In this document: positions 62,861-64,000 of the stretch, piece by piece
Numbering within the stretch: position 1 is the stretch's first letter
How the letters are laid out: each line of letters starts with the position of its first letter
From: a virus
Taxonomy: Duplodnaviria > Caudoviricetes
Length of the DNA stretch: 64,000 bases
Direction: 5' to 3' (one strand)
IMG/VR virus record: IMGVR_UViG_3300005326_000046
Span: 16,004-80,003 of that record
Position numbers and translations under genes: made by a program
The notes under the pieces: generated by a model
The model's input: only the letters and a program-made list of their open reading frames with translations
What the model was told of the DNA's origin: nothing
Database searches by the model: none

Positions 62861-63206
62861 GTTTGCGCTCCATTTCGTCCGCTTCCGCCTTGATCCTGGC
62901 GTATTCCGCCTTCAAAGATCCCGGCTTGGCTGCGATGATGTTGGGCATGTCCCCAACGTGAACCTCTTTGCCACTGCTGAGCGCCGATTGTCCCGCCTGA
63001 AGTTGCAGCCGCTTGACAAGCGCCCGGTGGTGCTCGCCTTTCTTGCCAGGATTCGCGGCAATGGTGGCAATCGTCAGCGCGCGTAGATCCTCTTCGGCCT
63101 CCAACTGAGCAACCTTACGCAAGCCAACCACGAACCGCCGCCACGGAATTTTCAGCGCGGACTCGAACGTATAGCCGGGATAGTAGTGAATGAATCGCCC
63201 GACCAT
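62838..63206 (-). CDS. Tail assembly chaperone, gpT-like part (reached by -1 frameshift)
   Basis: The -1 frame is open through the slippery site (GGIDIARMVGRF...); position before the tape measure. Confidence 0.8.
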   Translation of the reverse strand: MVGRFIHYYPGYTFESALKIPWRRFVVGLRKVAQLEAEEDLRALTIATIAANPGKKGEHHRALVKRLQLQAGQSALSSGKEVHVGDMPNIIAAKPGSLKAEYARIKAEADEMERKRAEATKK

Positions 63207-63217
63207 GCGGGCGATGT

Positions 63218-63589
63218 CTATTCCCCCGCTTCGGTGCTACCGTCCCCCGCGTTGGCTGGCGTTTCAGTTTCGGGCACTTGCGCGCGCCATTCCTCGGACA
63301 CGTAGTCCGCGAGCTTGTTTAGGATTGGCAGCTTGAGTTGCAGCAACTCGTCGCGCATCTCAGACAGACCAGGCACGCACAGGAAGGTCAAGGTCAGGCC
63401 CTCTTCGAACTGGGCCGCGCGGTCTCCGGACTCCAGCGCCTTCGTCCGTTTCTGCTGCGTCTTCAAATACTTGATCCACATTTCGCCAGTGACACCAGCT
63501 ACCTCGTACTTCTTGCCTTTGTAGATCACGATCTGTTGGGTGTCATCGTCGATCAATTCGTCTAGATTCAGGATTTTGGGCTCTGCCAT
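63218..63589 (-). CDS. Tail assembly chaperone, gpG-like
   Basis: SD AAGGAG, start MAEPKILNLDEL at 63589; ends at the slippery site. Confidence 0.85.
   Translation of the reverse strand: MAEPKILNLDELIDDDTQQIVIYKGKKYEVAGVTGEMWIKYLKTQQKRTKALESGDRAAQFEEGLTLTFLCVPGLSEMRDELLQLKLPILNKLADYVSEEWRAQVPETETPANAGDGSTEAGE
63221..63227 (-). other. Programmed -1 ribosomal frameshift site G GGG GAA
   Basis: Minus strand GCG GGG GAA TAG; a -1 slip joins 63218-63589 to 62838-63206. Confidence 0.85.
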
Positions 63590-63672
63590 GTCGAGTGGTC
63601 TCCTTGCATGGTCTAGATTATGGAGTGATTGTGCGTTTGCACTGTCGGGCAGCGTCAGGCACGTCGCAAAGC

Positions 63673-64000
63673 CTAGATTTCGATTTCGATCCACATGGGC
63701 ATCGTCTTGGGAGCCCCGCCGGTGACAAGTGACTCGAACGTGACTTCCAGGGTAGAGTTCTCACCCTTCTGCACCGTGCTTGCCAGCGGACTGGTTACAC
63801 GCGCCTTGGGGATGGTCACCCGCATGTCCTTGCCGTTGTTCTTCGTGAAGCCCAGGATGATCACATTGGTCAGTTCTGTGATCGTCCCCAGAGTGCCCGA
63901 GCCGAGCTTCTGTGAATCAGCCGTCGAACTTGCCCCCATCGAGAACAGCGTCGAAAGAACCGAGTAGGTCCATTCAGTCATGGTTACCGTGATCTTGCCA
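63673..64000 (-). CDS. Major tail (tube) protein, C-terminal part; 5' end outside the window
   Basis: Frame open to the window edge; MRVTIPKARVT...LEVTFESL beta-rich; upstream of the chaperones. Confidence 0.8.
   Translation of the reverse strand, partial: GKITVTMTEWTYSVLSTLFSMGASSTADSQKLGSGTLGTITELTNVIILGFTKNNGKDMRVTIPKARVTSPLASTVQKGENSTLEVTFESLVTGGAPKTMPMWIEIEI

Larger units (their letters stand above)
1..64000. mobile_element. Tailed dsDNA bacteriophage genome segment (siphovirus-like); both ends continue outside the window
   Basis: Terminase, portal, gpF-like, tape measure, tail chaperones with slippery site, endolysin, phage replication and recombination genes, and dense small overlapping ORFs. 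No host genes and no integrase seen, so lifestyle is undetermined. Confidence 0.97.

Noticed and set aside
1-64000. Genome-wide TAG recoding suggested by the amber at 5923
   Set aside because: Many genes end in TAG followed directly by an SD or next start, and the long genes are uninterrupted in the standard code.

Overview
The whole window reads as part of a large tailed dsDNA phage genome (siphovirus-type tail, roughly 58-60% GC by eye). I see no integrase, tRNA, rRNA or host housekeeping genes. There are four blocks. (1) 1-12.9 kb (+): a DNA-modification trio (IbrA-like C-terminus, ParB/IbrB-like protein, DPPW methyltransferase) followed by about 35 small early-type genes behind repeated sigma70-like promoters. 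(2) 13.1-17.9 kb (-): an isolated packaging module (terS, terL, portal, gpF-like). (3) 18.0-43.7 kb (+): regulation, replication and recombination genes (HTH proteins, initiator, DnaC-like loader, intein-containing DnaB, SSAP-like, SbcC, SbcD, ASCH-like, methyltransferase, RusA). (4) 43.7-64 kb (-): tail and lysis genes (major tail protein, frameshifting chaperones, 2832-aa tape measure, 1511-aa hub/fibre, two glycoside-hydrolase-like proteins including a GH-amidase-SH3 endolysin, a CHAT-domain protein, a metallophosphoesterase). The standout is a solo Cas7/RAMP-like gene (18652-19347) with no other cas genes and no classical CRISPR. It is followed in the same apparent operon by a ~980-bp non-coding array (20279-21256) of about 180 N-G-Y-N-N pentamers with a 26-nt higher-order period. 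This looks like a phage-encoded RNA-guided system with a non-contiguous guide code. From memory it resembles the recently reported VIPR class, which I cannot verify here. A Chloroflexota-like host is a weak inference from the endolysin and CHAT architectures. Starts I moved relative to the ORF track are judged from SD motifs and stop/start overlaps.
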